Shown one piece after another: positions 16,272 to 24,798 of a stretch of 64,000 nt of DNA. The stretch spans positions 16,051 through 80,050 of the forward strand of contig CAYVVG010000003.1 in assembly GCA_964455285.1 (NCBI GenBank), in the 5' to 3' direction. The notes below the pieces were generated by a model. That model saw nothing but the letters and a program-made list of their open reading frames with translations, was not told the DNA's origin and ran no database searches. The DNA comes from an uncultured Prolixibacteraceae bacterium. Its GTDB lineage: Bacteria; Bacteroidota; Bacteroidia; Bacteroidales; FEN-979. Within the stretch, counting starts at the first letter, position 1, and every line of letters begins with the position of its first letter. The translations under genes were made by a program, and so were the position numbers.

Positions 16272-17870
16272 TTACCTTCTCTTGAGCAGGAAGATCGTTC
16301 CGATCGCCAGCAGCGATGCCCCCAGCAGGATGAGGAACCACTCCGACAGGGTGGGTACCGTCGGGCCCGAGATGGCAACCTGGGCTTCGATCAGGTATTT
16401 GTAATCATCGTCGAGGAGATAGGGAGTCGGGTCGCCAATGGCGAAGAAGAAGAACGCATTGTCGCGGTAAGGCGAATCCACCATGCAGGCCATCGGGTAC
16501 CAGCCGCCGGCGCTGGCCGGCTGTACGAGACCCACATAGAATTCTTCATTGGTAAACGAGGGAGGCGAGGGGAAAGTGAAGTTGATATAGGTGCCCAGGT
16601 CGCCTGAGGTGATGACGTGGTCGGCCGATTGGGCCACGATGGCGCCGGCGCTGTTGATGACCACGGCGGAGATCGTGTTGCCCACGTTGGCGGCATAGGC
16701 ATACATGCCCAGGTTGGCGCCGGGAACCGTTCCCGTGCCGTTCATGAAAAACCGGCTGGCAAAGATTCCTCCTCCGGTCCCGGCACCATAACCGGTTACG
16801 GGGTTAAAGGAATAGCAATATCCAAACAGGTTGGAGTTGACATTCACCGGGATGGACATGCTGTTGTTGACCAGGAAGTTCTCTCCGGCACCCGGCGATA
16901 CGGAAACCGTCACATCGACGTTTTCAAGGAAGGTCGTTGTCCAGGGCGGGAAGGAGATGATGGCCGCAGCTCCGACAGCCAGCCCGGAAACAGACTGGGT
17001 GGCGGTATAACGCACAGCGGCGTTGGCCTGGCTGGTAATGGTCAGCGTGGCCAGGAAGGAGTCGGGTGCAGGGCCATTGTTGATCACGCGGGCGGAGATG
17101 CCGGCCGGGACGCCGCTCGGTACCGGGGTCTTTTCCATGGCATAGATGTTGGTCACCTGGAACACGTCGGTGATCGAATTATTGACAAACATCGTGGCCG
17201 GACGCCAGTTGGAATAAGCCAGGGTGGTCGGCAGTGCGGTGAGGCTTCTTTGCCCGACCAGGCCATTGGTCAGGTTCAGGTTACACAGGGCAACCACGGG
17301 GCCTGTGCCCACGGCATTCCGGTTGGAGAATTCCCAGGCTACATACACCCCGCCGCCGGTATAGGTGAAAGGAGTGCCCCCGCTGAAATTCACGACATAG
17401 GGACCCGCTGCGATGGGAACCGCGAATGAAGCGATGTTGCTGACCAGTGTAAATCCGGCCGTCGTCCAGGTGGTACCCAGGGTATAGGTGACATCGCTGG
17501 TGTTCATCAGGTAAACCTTGAAGCTTCCGGTTTGAGAGGTCCCCCCGGCTGTGCCGACCAGGAACCCGATGGCATCGATGGTGGCGCCGACGGGAAAGCC
17601 GCTGGCTGCCATCTCGGCGGGGCGGATCAGGTACTGGGTCCTTTGATAATTATAGGTGTTACCCGGGATCCGGGTGTTGCCGGAGGTGCCACCGGTGGAA
17701 GGAAGAGCCCACAGGCTCAATACATCGGTATTGGCCGACTGGGTTCCGAAAGTAGCGCCGCCTTGTGCGTAGCCGTCGGGCGGCATGCCGCCGATCCGTT
17801 GTGGTTTCTGGGCAAAATTAATGCCGGCAAGAAGCAGAAAAACCATGAGCAGGGTAAACTGTTTTCTCAT
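16272..17870 (-). CDS. Secreted protein with an IPTL-CTERM-like C-terminal sorting signal
   Basis: I chose the start at ATG 17870 (MRKQFTLLMVFLLLAGINFAQ, a signal peptide). The C-terminus reads GPTVPTLSEWFLILLGASLLAIGTIFLLKRR: a (I/V)PTLSEW motif, then a TM helix, then a basic tail. The body has no motif I recognise. Confidence 0.7.
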   Translation of the reverse strand: MRKQFTLLMVFLLLAGINFAQKPQRIGGMPPDGYAQGGATFGTQSANTDVLSLWALPSTGGTSGNTRIPGNTYNYQRTQYLIRPAEMAASGFPVGATIDAIGFLVGTAGGTSQTGSFKVYLMNTSDVTYTLGTTWTTAGFTLVSNIASFAVPIAAGPYVVNFSGGTPFTYTGGGVYVAWEFSNRNAVGTGPVVALCNLNLTNGLVGQRSLTALPTTLAYSNWRPATMFVNNSITDVFQVTNIYAMEKTPVPSGVPAGISARVINNGPAPDSFLATLTITSQANAAVRYTATQSVSGLAVGAAAIISFPPWTTTFLENVDVTVSVSPGAGENFLVNNSMSIPVNVNSNLFGYCYSFNPVTGYGAGTGGGIFASRFFMNGTGTVPGANLGMYAYAANVGNTISAVVINSAGAIVAQSADHVITSGDLGTYINFTFPSPPSFTNEEFYVGLVQPASAGGWYPMACMVDSPYRDNAFFFFAIGDPTPYLLDDDYKYLIEAQVAISGPTVPTLSEWFLILLGASLLAIGTIFLLKRR

Positions 17871-18485
17871 AATCCAAGTTTTTAAGGTGAATAGTTCAAA
17901 TGAAAGAGGTATGTTCGGGTTGGTTGAATTCAATGTCATGAAATTGTTGATTCAAGTCGAAAATAGGGCTGATAAATTTATGAAAAAAAAGATAAAACCC
18001 AACAAATCAAAAAAAAAAATATTCTCCCCTATTAATACCCGACAGCAAGCATGGGGCAACGATCACTCTTTCAAACAGATGATGGCCGGTACAGGATGCA
18101 TCCCGCACCCGGTCACCCCATCCGGGTACATTCCGTGTTCCCTTCATGGCTGCTTTATGAAAACATTCCATTTACACACTGCTTTATCCTGTATACTATG
18201 TCATACTCACCTGTGATATTTTTGGCATTTTAATGTTGCATTTGAATGGTTCCCGTGTGTAATAAATTCTGGTTTTCCCGTCCGGAATTTCCGCAAGGAT
18301 TCACCCACTCAGCCCTCATGCTCCCGGGATTGCCACTCCTGTGGCCTGATCCGTCACACGCGCCTGGCACACACACGCGGTAGTCGAACCCGCCCGTGCA
18401 CCTGTATCAAGGTTCCGGCCAGGATTTCCTTGCCGATTATCTGCGGCATTTTTTTCACATTTGCCAGGGATCACATCTATAAAAA

Positions 18486-18493
18486 TACATTTG
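18486..18493 (+). promoter_or_regulatory. Candidate -7 box (TACATTTG) in front of the molybdoenzyme operon
   Basis: TACATTTG ends 13 nt before the ATG at 18507, which would imply a very short leader. Confidence 0.3.
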
Positions 18494-18506
18494 TTCATTT
18501 ATTGAC

Positions 18507-20753
18507 ATGAACCGACGGAATTTCATCAGGATCTCATCGCTGGGAGCCGGGGGCGCCCTGATGGGGACCCTGGGGTTCGGCGCCGCCAGAGAAGCATCCT
18601 TGTTTGACAGGCTGACCGGGAAAGAGGATGCCGCAAGCCGGGCAGGCAGGCCCACCCCCACCTACTGCGAGATCTGCTTCTGGAAATGCGCTGGCTGGGT
18701 GTACAAGAACGACCGGGGCGAAATATGGAAGATCATCGGAAATGAAAAAGATCCGCATTGCAACGGCCGTCTCTGCCCCCGTGGCACCGGCGGGGTAGGG
18801 ATGTACCATGATCCCGACCGCCTGAAAACCCCGCTGATCCGGACCGGGCCCCGCGGAAACCAGGTATTCAGGCGGGCCAGCTGGGATGAGGCCTTTGATT
18901 ATATCGCGAAAAAGCTGGATCATATCGCCAAACAATACGGGCCCGAAACGGTCGCCCTGATCACCCACGGCTCGGGGGGCAAATTGCTTTCCACCCTGAT
19001 GAAGGCCTACGGTTCGGATGCCATCGCCGGTCCCTCCTATGCCCAGTGCAAAGGGCCGCGGGAAGCCGGTTTTGAACTCACCTTCGGCACCGCCCTGGAA
19101 TCGCCCGAGCCGACCGACATCCGCGACACCCGGTGCCTGGTCCTTATCGGCAGCCACCTGGGCGAGAACATGCACAATTCGCAGGTGCAGGAGATGGCCG
19201 ATGCGATCGGCAGGGGAGCCACCCTGATCACCGTGGATCCCCGTTTCTCGACCGCGGCCGGGAAATCGAAATTCTGGCTTCCGATCAAGCCGGCCACGGA
19301 TCTGGCACTTCTGCTGGCATGGACCAATGTCATCATCGGGAACGGTTGGTACGATAAAGAATATGTGGAGAGATACACCACAGGGTTCGACAAACTGAAA
19401 GAGCACGTGGCCCCCTTCACCCCGGAATGGGCTTACGGCATCACCACGATCGCCCCCGACCTGATCCGTGAAACCGCCAGGGAGATGTCGCACGCGGCCC
19501 CCGCGGTCATCATTCACCCTGGCCGGCATGTCACCTGGTACGGCGACGACACCCAGCGGTCGCGCGCCATTGCCATCCTGAACGCCCTGCTCGGCTCCTG
19601 GGGCCGCCGGGGCGGATTCTATCTGTCCGAATCGCAATCGATACCCGAGTACCCGCACCCGCCCTTTCCGCCGGTCAGGCGCTCCTGGCGCGATGTGCTG
19701 GGCGACCGTTACCCCTTCGCCACACTCCCGCTGGCCAACGCCATCGTCGACGGATCGATCGCGGGCAACCTGAACGATTTTCAATACCGCGGCTGGATCG
19801 TCAATGGCAGCAACCTGAACATGACGATGCCCGACACAAGGAAAACTCTGCGCGCTATCCAGGAACTCGAACTCCTTGTTGTCATTGACACCATGCCGAT
19901 GGAGATCACCGGGTGGGCCGATGTCGTCCTGCCCGAATGCACCTACCTCGAACGGTACGACGTGGTCCGTAACGATCCTAACCGGGAGCCGGTGATCGCC
20001 CTGAGGATGCCGGCCGCCGAACCGAAATACGACACCCGGCCCGCCTGGTGGATCACCCGCGAACTGGCGCACAGGATGGGTCTCGGAGCCTATTTTTCCT
20101 GGAAGAGCATCGAAGAATTCCTCGACTACAAGCTGAAGCGGATGGATTCCTCACTGGAGGAGATGCAGAGGGTCGGGGTGAAAAAATATGAGCGCACCGC
20201 CGGAGACCTGTATATTTCGGACAGCAACCCGCCTGTGTTCGAAACCCCGTCGGGAAAGATCGAGCTCTATTCCGACCAGCTGGCCCAGGCCGGATTCGAT
20301 CCCATGCCCCGGTACACCCCCCACCCGGAACCCCCGGAGGGGTTTTACCGGCTGATCTACGGAAGGACCCCTGCGCACACATTCTCCCGCACATCGAACA
20401 ATCCCAACCTGACCGCCATCATGCCCGAGAACAGCATCTGGATCCATCCCATCGTCGCCGCCAACTGGCAACTCAGGGAGGGGCAGGAGGTCTGGCTGAA
20501 GAACCAGGACGGCGTGGTGGCCGATGTTCCGGGCAAGGTTCGGATCACCGAACGCATCCGCTGGGATTCGGTTTATATGGTCCACGGTTTCGGGCATACC
20601 GGCAAACTGTTGAGCCGGGCCTTCCGTAAAGGGGTCAGCGACTCGGCCCTGATCACCCGTGTGATGGTCGACCCCGTGATGGGCGGGACCGGCATGCGCG
20701 GGAATTTCGTTACGTTCCTCACCGAAAATCCGGAGAAGGAGGTGAAAGCATGA
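18507..20753 (+). CDS. Tat-exported molybdopterin oxidoreductase catalytic subunit, polysulfide/thiosulfate reductase (PsrA/PhsA)-like
   Basis: Twin-arginine signal MNRRNFIRISSLGAGGALMGTLGFGAA. An N-terminal 4Fe-4S motif CEICFWKC...C. 748 aa. Followed by 4Fe-4S and NrfD subunits. The substrate assignment rests only on context (YeeE/YedE and rhodanese nearby). Confidence 0.8.
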   Translation: MNRRNFIRISSLGAGGALMGTLGFGAAREASLFDRLTGKEDAASRAGRPTPTYCEICFWKCAGWVYKNDRGEIWKIIGNEKDPHCNGRLCPRGTGGVGMYHDPDRLKTPLIRTGPRGNQVFRRASWDEAFDYIAKKLDHIAKQYGPETVALITHGSGGKLLSTLMKAYGSDAIAGPSYAQCKGPREAGFELTFGTALESPEPTDIRDTRCLVLIGSHLGENMHNSQVQEMADAIGRGATLITVDPRFSTAAGKSKFWLPIKPATDLALLLAWTNVIIGNGWYDKEYVERYTTGFDKLKEHVAPFTPEWAYGITTIAPDLIRETAREMSHAAPAVIIHPGRHVTWYGDDTQRSRAIAILNALLGSWGRRGGFYLSESQSIPEYPHPPFPPVRRSWRDVLGDRYPFATLPLANAIVDGSIAGNLNDFQYRGWIVNGSNLNMTMPDTRKTLRAIQELELLVVIDTMPMEITGWADVVLPECTYLERYDVVRNDPNREPVIALRMPAAEPKYDTRPAWWITRELAHRMGLGAYFSWKSIEEFLDYKLKRMDSSLEEMQRVGVKKYERTAGDLYISDSNPPVFETPSGKIELYSDQLAQAGFDPMPRYTPHPEPPEGFYRLIYGRTPAHTFSRTSNNPNLTAIMPENSIWIHPIVAANWQLREGQEVWLKNQDGVVADVPGKVRITERIRWDSVYMVHGFGHTGKLLSRAFRKGVSDSALITRVMVDPVMGGTGMRGNFVTFLTENPEKEVKA

Positions 20754-21283
20754 GATTTGCGATGGCCGTTGACACCCGGAAGTGTGTCGGCTGCAGCGAC
20801 TGTGTCGTTGCATGTCAGACCGAGAATGAAGTCCCCATCGGTTATTGCCGCGACTGGATCGTGGAGGTGAACGACGGGACTTATCCAAAACTGGAGATGG
20901 AACTGCGTTCGGAACGGTGCAACCACTGCTCCAACTCCCCTTGCGTGCGTTGCTGCCCCACCGGCGCGAGTCATTACAGCGACGGAGGCATCGTGCTGGT
21001 AACCCCGCACAAGTGCATCGGCTGCGGAGCGTGCATCGCTTCCTGTCCTTACGACGCCCGGTACCCGCATCCCAAGGGGCATGTGGACAAATGCACCTTC
21101 TGCATCCACCGGGTGAAGGAGGGTCTGCCTCCCGCCTGTGTGGCCGTTTGCCCCACGAAATGCCTGACTTTCGGCGACACCGACGATCCCCGCAGCGAGA
21201 TCTCCCTGCTGCTGAAGAGCCGGAAATACAAGCGGCTGATCCCGGAAGCAGGGACCGACCCCAATCTCTACTTTTTAACCTGA
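20750..21283 (+). CDS. 4Fe-4S ferredoxin-type electron-transfer subunit (PsrB/NrfC-like)
   Basis: Four Cys clusters: CVGCSDCVVAC, CNHCSNSPCVRCCP, CIGCGACIASCP and CTFCIHR...CVAVCP. ATGA overlap with the upstream gene. Confidence 0.9.
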   Translation: MRFAMAVDTRKCVGCSDCVVACQTENEVPIGYCRDWIVEVNDGTYPKLEMELRSERCNHCSNSPCVRCCPTGASHYSDGGIVLVTPHKCIGCGACIASCPYDARYPHPKGHVDKCTFCIHRVKEGLPPACVAVCPTKCLTFGDTDDPRSEISLLLKSRKYKRLIPEAGTDPNLYFLT

Positions 21284-21288
21284 GCATC

Positions 21289-22230
21289 ATGAGAGAAGAG
21301 CATATCATCAGCGGCCGGATGAACCCCCTGGTGGATCCTTCGCTGAACATATGGCACTGGCAGATCCCTTTGTACCTCTTCGTCGGGGGGGTCGCCGCCG
21401 GCATCCTGTTCTTCGCCGCCCTCTACTACATCCTGGGCCGGGAGAGGGACAACCCAACTGCCGTCCGCGTCGCTCCCCTACTCACCCCGGTTCTGCTGGT
21501 CATCGGCCTGGGAGCCCTGTTCCTCGACCTGAACCACAAAGCCTGGTTCTGGCAGCTTTACATGACCCTCCGCATCGAGTCGCCCATGTCGTGGGGGGCC
21601 TGGACGCTGATGGTCATCACCCCGGCAGCGGTGATCTGGTGCGCCACCTGGGCAAAGCAACTCGATCCGGGCTGGCGCTGGCGATTCCCGTTCCTCGAAA
21701 CCTGGGAGGCCTTTTTCACCCGTCACCGGATGGTCCTGGCATGGATCCTGCTGGTTTCTGCGATCATCCTGGGGGTTTATACCGGCATCCTGCTCTCGGC
21801 CTTCAACGCACGGCCGCTATGGAACACCAGCATCCTGGGGCCCCTGTTCCTGGCTTCGAGCCTTTCGACCGGGGCTGCCGTGATCATGCTGATGGCACGC
21901 ACGCATGCCGAGCGGCTGCTTTTCAGCCGCATCGACCTGGTGATGATCGGGATCGAATTGTTCCTCATCATTCACATGTTCATGGGATTCCAGGCCAGTA
22001 CGCAGGTTCAGATCGATGCCGCCCGGCTCTTCCTGGGCGGACCCTACACGGGCATCTTCTGGATCTTCGTGGTCGGCCTTGGACTGGCCCTTCCGGCCTT
22101 CCTGGAAACCCTCGAGCTCAGGGGATACAGGATCCCTGTTTATGTCACCTCGGGCCTGGTGCTGCTGGGAGGGATCTTCCTGAGGTTCATCATCGTGTAC
22201 GCGGGGCAGGCCAGCAGGTACCTGTACTAG
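21289..22230 (+). CDS. NrfD/PsrC-type integral membrane quinol-oxidising subunit
   Basis: I chose the start at ATG 21289 (MREEHIISGRMNPLV...WHWQIPLYLFVGGVAAG). The protein is polytopic and hydrophobic. The ORF-track start at 20845 would overlap the whole 4Fe-4S gene. Confidence 0.8.
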   Translation: MREEHIISGRMNPLVDPSLNIWHWQIPLYLFVGGVAAGILFFAALYYILGRERDNPTAVRVAPLLTPVLLVIGLGALFLDLNHKAWFWQLYMTLRIESPMSWGAWTLMVITPAAVIWCATWAKQLDPGWRWRFPFLETWEAFFTRHRMVLAWILLVSAIILGVYTGILLSAFNARPLWNTSILGPLFLASSLSTGAAVIMLMARTHAERLLFSRIDLVMIGIELFLIIHMFMGFQASTQVQIDAARLFLGGPYTGIFWIFVVGLGLALPAFLETLELRGYRIPVYVTSGLVLLGGIFLRFIIVYAGQASRYLY

Positions 22231-22287
22231 TGAAGAGGGAAGAGTGAAGAGTGAAGGGTGTTTGAACGTGAGTAGTGAGTAGTGAAT
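22230..22287. repeat. Stop-rich word repeats (GTGAAGAG-like, then GTGAGTAGTGAGTAGTGAAT)
   Basis: Read directly after the NrfD stop: tag tgaagagggaagagtgaagagtgaagggtg...gtgagtagtgagtagtgaataa. Confidence 0.8.
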
Positions 22288-22301
22288 AAATTCAGTGAAG
22301 G

Positions 22302-22835
22302 ATGGAGAATAAATCATTTTCCCGGAAGAGAGGATACATGAATCCTTATCTGGGCGGGGTGCTGCTGGGGCTGGTGCTGCTGGCGGCCAATTTCATTGCC
22401 GGGCGTGGTCTCGGAGCCAGCGGGGCGATCAAGAGCGCCGTGGTGGCGGGAACCCAGGCAGTGGCGCCGGGAGTGGCTCAGCACACGAAGTTCTTCAAGG
22501 AATACCATGAGGAGCATTCCGGTCCCCCGTTGAAGAACTGGCTTGTATTCCAGATGCTGGGGGTGGTGGCGGGAGCTTTCGCTTCGGGGGCACTGGCCGG
22601 ACGTCTCAAATTCAAGGTGGAACACAACCCGAAGATCACCTCCCGGAGAAGATTGATCTTCGCCCTGATCGGGGGGATCCTGTTCGGGGTGGGATCCCAG
22701 CTGGGACGGGGATGCACCAGCGGCTCGGCCCTGAGCGGCATGGCCGTCCTCTCCTTCGGCGGCATCATCACCATGATGGCCATCTTCGGCGGCGCCTATG
22801 CCCTGGCATGGTTCTTCAGGAAAAACTGGATATAG
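22302..22835 (+). CDS. YeeE/YedE family sulfur-compound transporter, half 1
   Basis: 177-aa polytopic protein. GSQLGRGCTSGSALSG is the conserved Cys motif of the YeeE/YedE (thiosulfate uptake) family. Confidence 0.75.
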   Translation: MENKSFSRKRGYMNPYLGGVLLGLVLLAANFIAGRGLGASGAIKSAVVAGTQAVAPGVAQHTKFFKEYHEEHSGPPLKNWLVFQMLGVVAGAFASGALAGRLKFKVEHNPKITSRRRLIFALIGGILFGVGSQLGRGCTSGSALSGMAVLSFGGIITMMAIFGGAYALAWFFRKNWI

Positions 22836-22857
22836 GGAATGAGTGGCCGGTGGTGCG

Positions 22858-22929
22858 TGGTGAGTGGTGAGTAGTGAATGGTCAGTTGCAAATCGTAAAT
22901 CGTTAATCTTAAATCGTTAATCGTTAATC
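22858..22929. repeat. Word repeats GGTGAGTGGTGAGTAGTGAATGG and AATCGTAAATCGTTAATCTTAAATCGTTAATCGTTAATC
   Basis: Read directly. These are the same two word families seen at 22268-22287 and 5122-5150. Confidence 0.8.
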
Positions 22930-22932
22930 CCC

Positions 22933-23523
22933 ATGGGTCCTTTATCTGTCAATGAAATCATCTCTCCCGACACCAACCTGCTCCTGGCCTTTTTCATCGG
23001 CGTGGGTTTCGGGTTCGTGCTGGAACAGTGCGGTTTCTCCTCGAGCCGGAAGCTGGCTGGCCTTTTTTACGGTTACGACATGGTCGTTCTCAAGGTGTTT
23101 TTCACCGGGGGTGTGACGGCCATGCTCGGACTGCTTTTCTTCAGCCTCTTCGGCTGGATCGACCTGAACATGGTGTACGTCAACCCGACCTACCTGGCTT
23201 CGGCCATCGTCGGGGGGCTGATCATGGGAGCGGGATTCATCACCGGCGGGTATTGCCCGGGCACCAGTTTCTGCGGGGCCGCTATCGGAAAGATCGACGC
23301 CGTGGTCTTCATCGGGGGCCTCTTTCTCGGGGTGATGTTCTTCGCCTACGGATACCCCCTGTTTGAAACGCTGTACAAAGCCGGAGACATGGGAGCGCTC
23401 AAAATCTCAACCCTGGCGGGGACAAGCGACGGTGTGTTCGCGCTGATCCTGGTAGTCGTTGCCCTGGCCATGTTCTACGTATCTGAATGGCTGGAAAAGC
23501 GCTTCGCCCGCGAAGAGTACTGA
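22933..23523 (+). CDS. YeeE/YedE family sulfur-compound transporter, half 2
   Basis: 196-aa polytopic protein. GFITGGYCPGTSFCGAA is the second conserved Cys motif of the family. Confidence 0.75.
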   Translation: MGPLSVNEIISPDTNLLLAFFIGVGFGFVLEQCGFSSSRKLAGLFYGYDMVVLKVFFTGGVTAMLGLLFFSLFGWIDLNMVYVNPTYLASAIVGGLIMGAGFITGGYCPGTSFCGAAIGKIDAVVFIGGLFLGVMFFAYGYPLFETLYKAGDMGALKISTLAGTSDGVFALILVVVALAMFYVSEWLEKRFAREEY

Positions 23524-23573
23524 TCCGTTTTCCACCGGCCCGAATTAACCATTTCAACCTTAACGGAATTTTC

Positions 23574-24203
23574 ATGAAACCCCTTCATTACCTTACCCTG
23601 GTCCTGCTGATCCTCGCCGTGGTCATCGCGCTGGTGCCGCAGAACACCACCCGTCCCTACAAACTGACCGCCGAACAGTTGCTGGGCGAGATCCGCACCG
23701 GCACCCAGTTCATCAGCCCCGATGAAGTGGCCGACCGGATCATCCGAAAAGACCCGTCGATCCAGCTGATCGATGTCAGAAATCCCCGGGATTTCGATGT
23801 TTTCAGTCTCCCCGGCGCTATCAACATTCCGCTGCAGGATATCCTGTCGGAAAAAAACACCGACATCCTGAACCAGGGGACGAAGATGAACATCTTTTAC
23901 TCCAACGGGTCGACCGAGGCCAACGAGGCCTGGCTGCTGACCCGGCAGATCGGGTACCCGAACAATTACGTGCTGCAGGGAGGTCTGAATTACTGGATGG
24001 AGACGATCGTCAACCCGGCGAAACCCGGCAACCTGGTGCCCGACGATGAACTGGCACGGTATGATTTCCGGAAAGCGGCTTCGATGGCACTGGGCGGAGG
24101 CGAACTGGCCCCGGCCGCCGCGACAGCCGCTCCCTCCTCCGGCAAGCCGAATCCCGGCGTGGTGCCCGTCAAGAAGAAGAAAAAAGCGTCGGGGGGCTGT
24201 TAG
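23574..24203 (+). CDS. Membrane-anchored rhodanese-homology protein lacking the active-site Cys and ending in ...KKKKKASGGC
   Basis: I chose the start at ATG 23574 (MKPLHYLTLVLLILAVVIALV, a TM anchor). Rhodanese framework LIDVRNPRDFDVFSLPGAINIP...IFYSNGSTEANEAW...VLQGGLNYW. The position of the catalytic Cys reads Ser. The only Cys in the protein is the last residue. Confidence 0.75.
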   Translation: MKPLHYLTLVLLILAVVIALVPQNTTRPYKLTAEQLLGEIRTGTQFISPDEVADRIIRKDPSIQLIDVRNPRDFDVFSLPGAINIPLQDILSEKNTDILNQGTKMNIFYSNGSTEANEAWLLTRQIGYPNNYVLQGGLNYWMETIVNPAKPGNLVPDDELARYDFRKAASMALGGGELAPAAATAAPSSGKPNPGVVPVKKKKKASGGC

Positions 24204-24781
24204 CGTTCCGTCCGGGTCCCGTCGAGGTCGGCCGCCCGGTTCACATTCAGAAACCAACGTTGCAGATCCTTTTCAGGAACGTCGTCGAGCCTGACGATCC
24301 GGTGCGGGACATTGCGTAGCACTTCCAGCAGCTTGAATTTTCCCAGTTCCGCGTTTGCTTCAATCACCGGGATCAGCTCCCGGTGCCAGAACCCGCAAAG
24401 GGGTTCGGTGAAATCGCCGTGACGGGGCAGCACCAGGAGGACTGCATCGTCAAGGTACCGGGCCATCTGGCGGATGAGCTCAACAGGGATATGGGGCATG
24501 TCGCAGGAAAGCACCAGGTTCCAGCCGGTTGTGCTGGCGGCAAGTCCGGCATGGATCCCCGCCAACGGAGCGCTGACGGGCAGCGTGTCGCCGACCACCC
24601 GGTAGCCCAGGTGATCGAGGTAGGCGGAATTGGCGCTGAGGATCACTTCGCTGTTCAGGGCCTCCGCCAGTGCGGTGGCATAACAGATCAACGGTTTCCC
24701 CCGATAGGGCAGCAGGGCCTTATCTGTTCCCATGCGGGAACTTTTTCCGCCGGCCAGGATCAGGGTCGAAAAGGATGGCAT
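24200..24781 (-). CDS. mobA: Molybdenum cofactor guanylyltransferase
   Basis: LILAGGKSSRMGTDKALLPYRGKPLI and VLSCDMPHIP are MobA motifs. 193 aa. Confidence 0.85.
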   Translation of the reverse strand: MPSFSTLILAGGKSSRMGTDKALLPYRGKPLICYATALAEALNSEVILSANSAYLDHLGYRVVGDTLPVSAPLAGIHAGLAASTTGWNLVLSCDMPHIPVELIRQMARYLDDAVLLVLPRHGDFTEPLCGFWHRELIPVIEANAELGKFKLLEVLRNVPHRIVRLDDVPEKDLQRWFLNVNRAADLDGTRTER

Positions 24782-24798
24782 GGCCCCGACCCGGCTGA

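Noticed and set aside
17980-18216. A possible 78-aa Cys/His-rich small ORF (MKKKIKPNKSKKK...CIPHPVTPSGYIPCSLHGCFMKTFHLHTALSCILCHTHL) upstream of the molybdoenzyme operon
   Set aside because: Its composition is AT-rich, unlike any confident gene here. It begins within homopolymer A tracts, and I recognise no family motif. I cannot support it without conservation data, and it is mentioned only under the long intergenic region.
18240-18500. A Moco riboswitch upstream of the molybdopterin enzyme
   Set aside because: I could not identify the conserved Moco RNA motif stems or loops by eye. An Infernal/Rfam scan is needed.
18507-20753. Selenocysteine or another recoding event in the molybdoenzyme
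   Set aside because: The ORF is uninterrupted from the Tat signal to the stop. No in-frame TGA needs to be explained.
20845-21288. The upstream extension of the NrfD ORF (the ORF track gives 461 aa from 20845)
   Set aside because: The extension overlaps the entire 4Fe-4S subunit gene in another frame and translates to Arg/Pro-rich sequence. The ATG at 21289 sits 5 nt after the PsrB stop and begins the hydrophobic NrfD sequence.
18534-21404. Minus-strand ORFs of 512 aa and 417 aa opposite the molybdoenzyme genes
   Set aside because: They have Arg/Gly/Pro-rich shadow translations. The plus strand carries the Tat signal, the Fe-S motifs and operon coupling.
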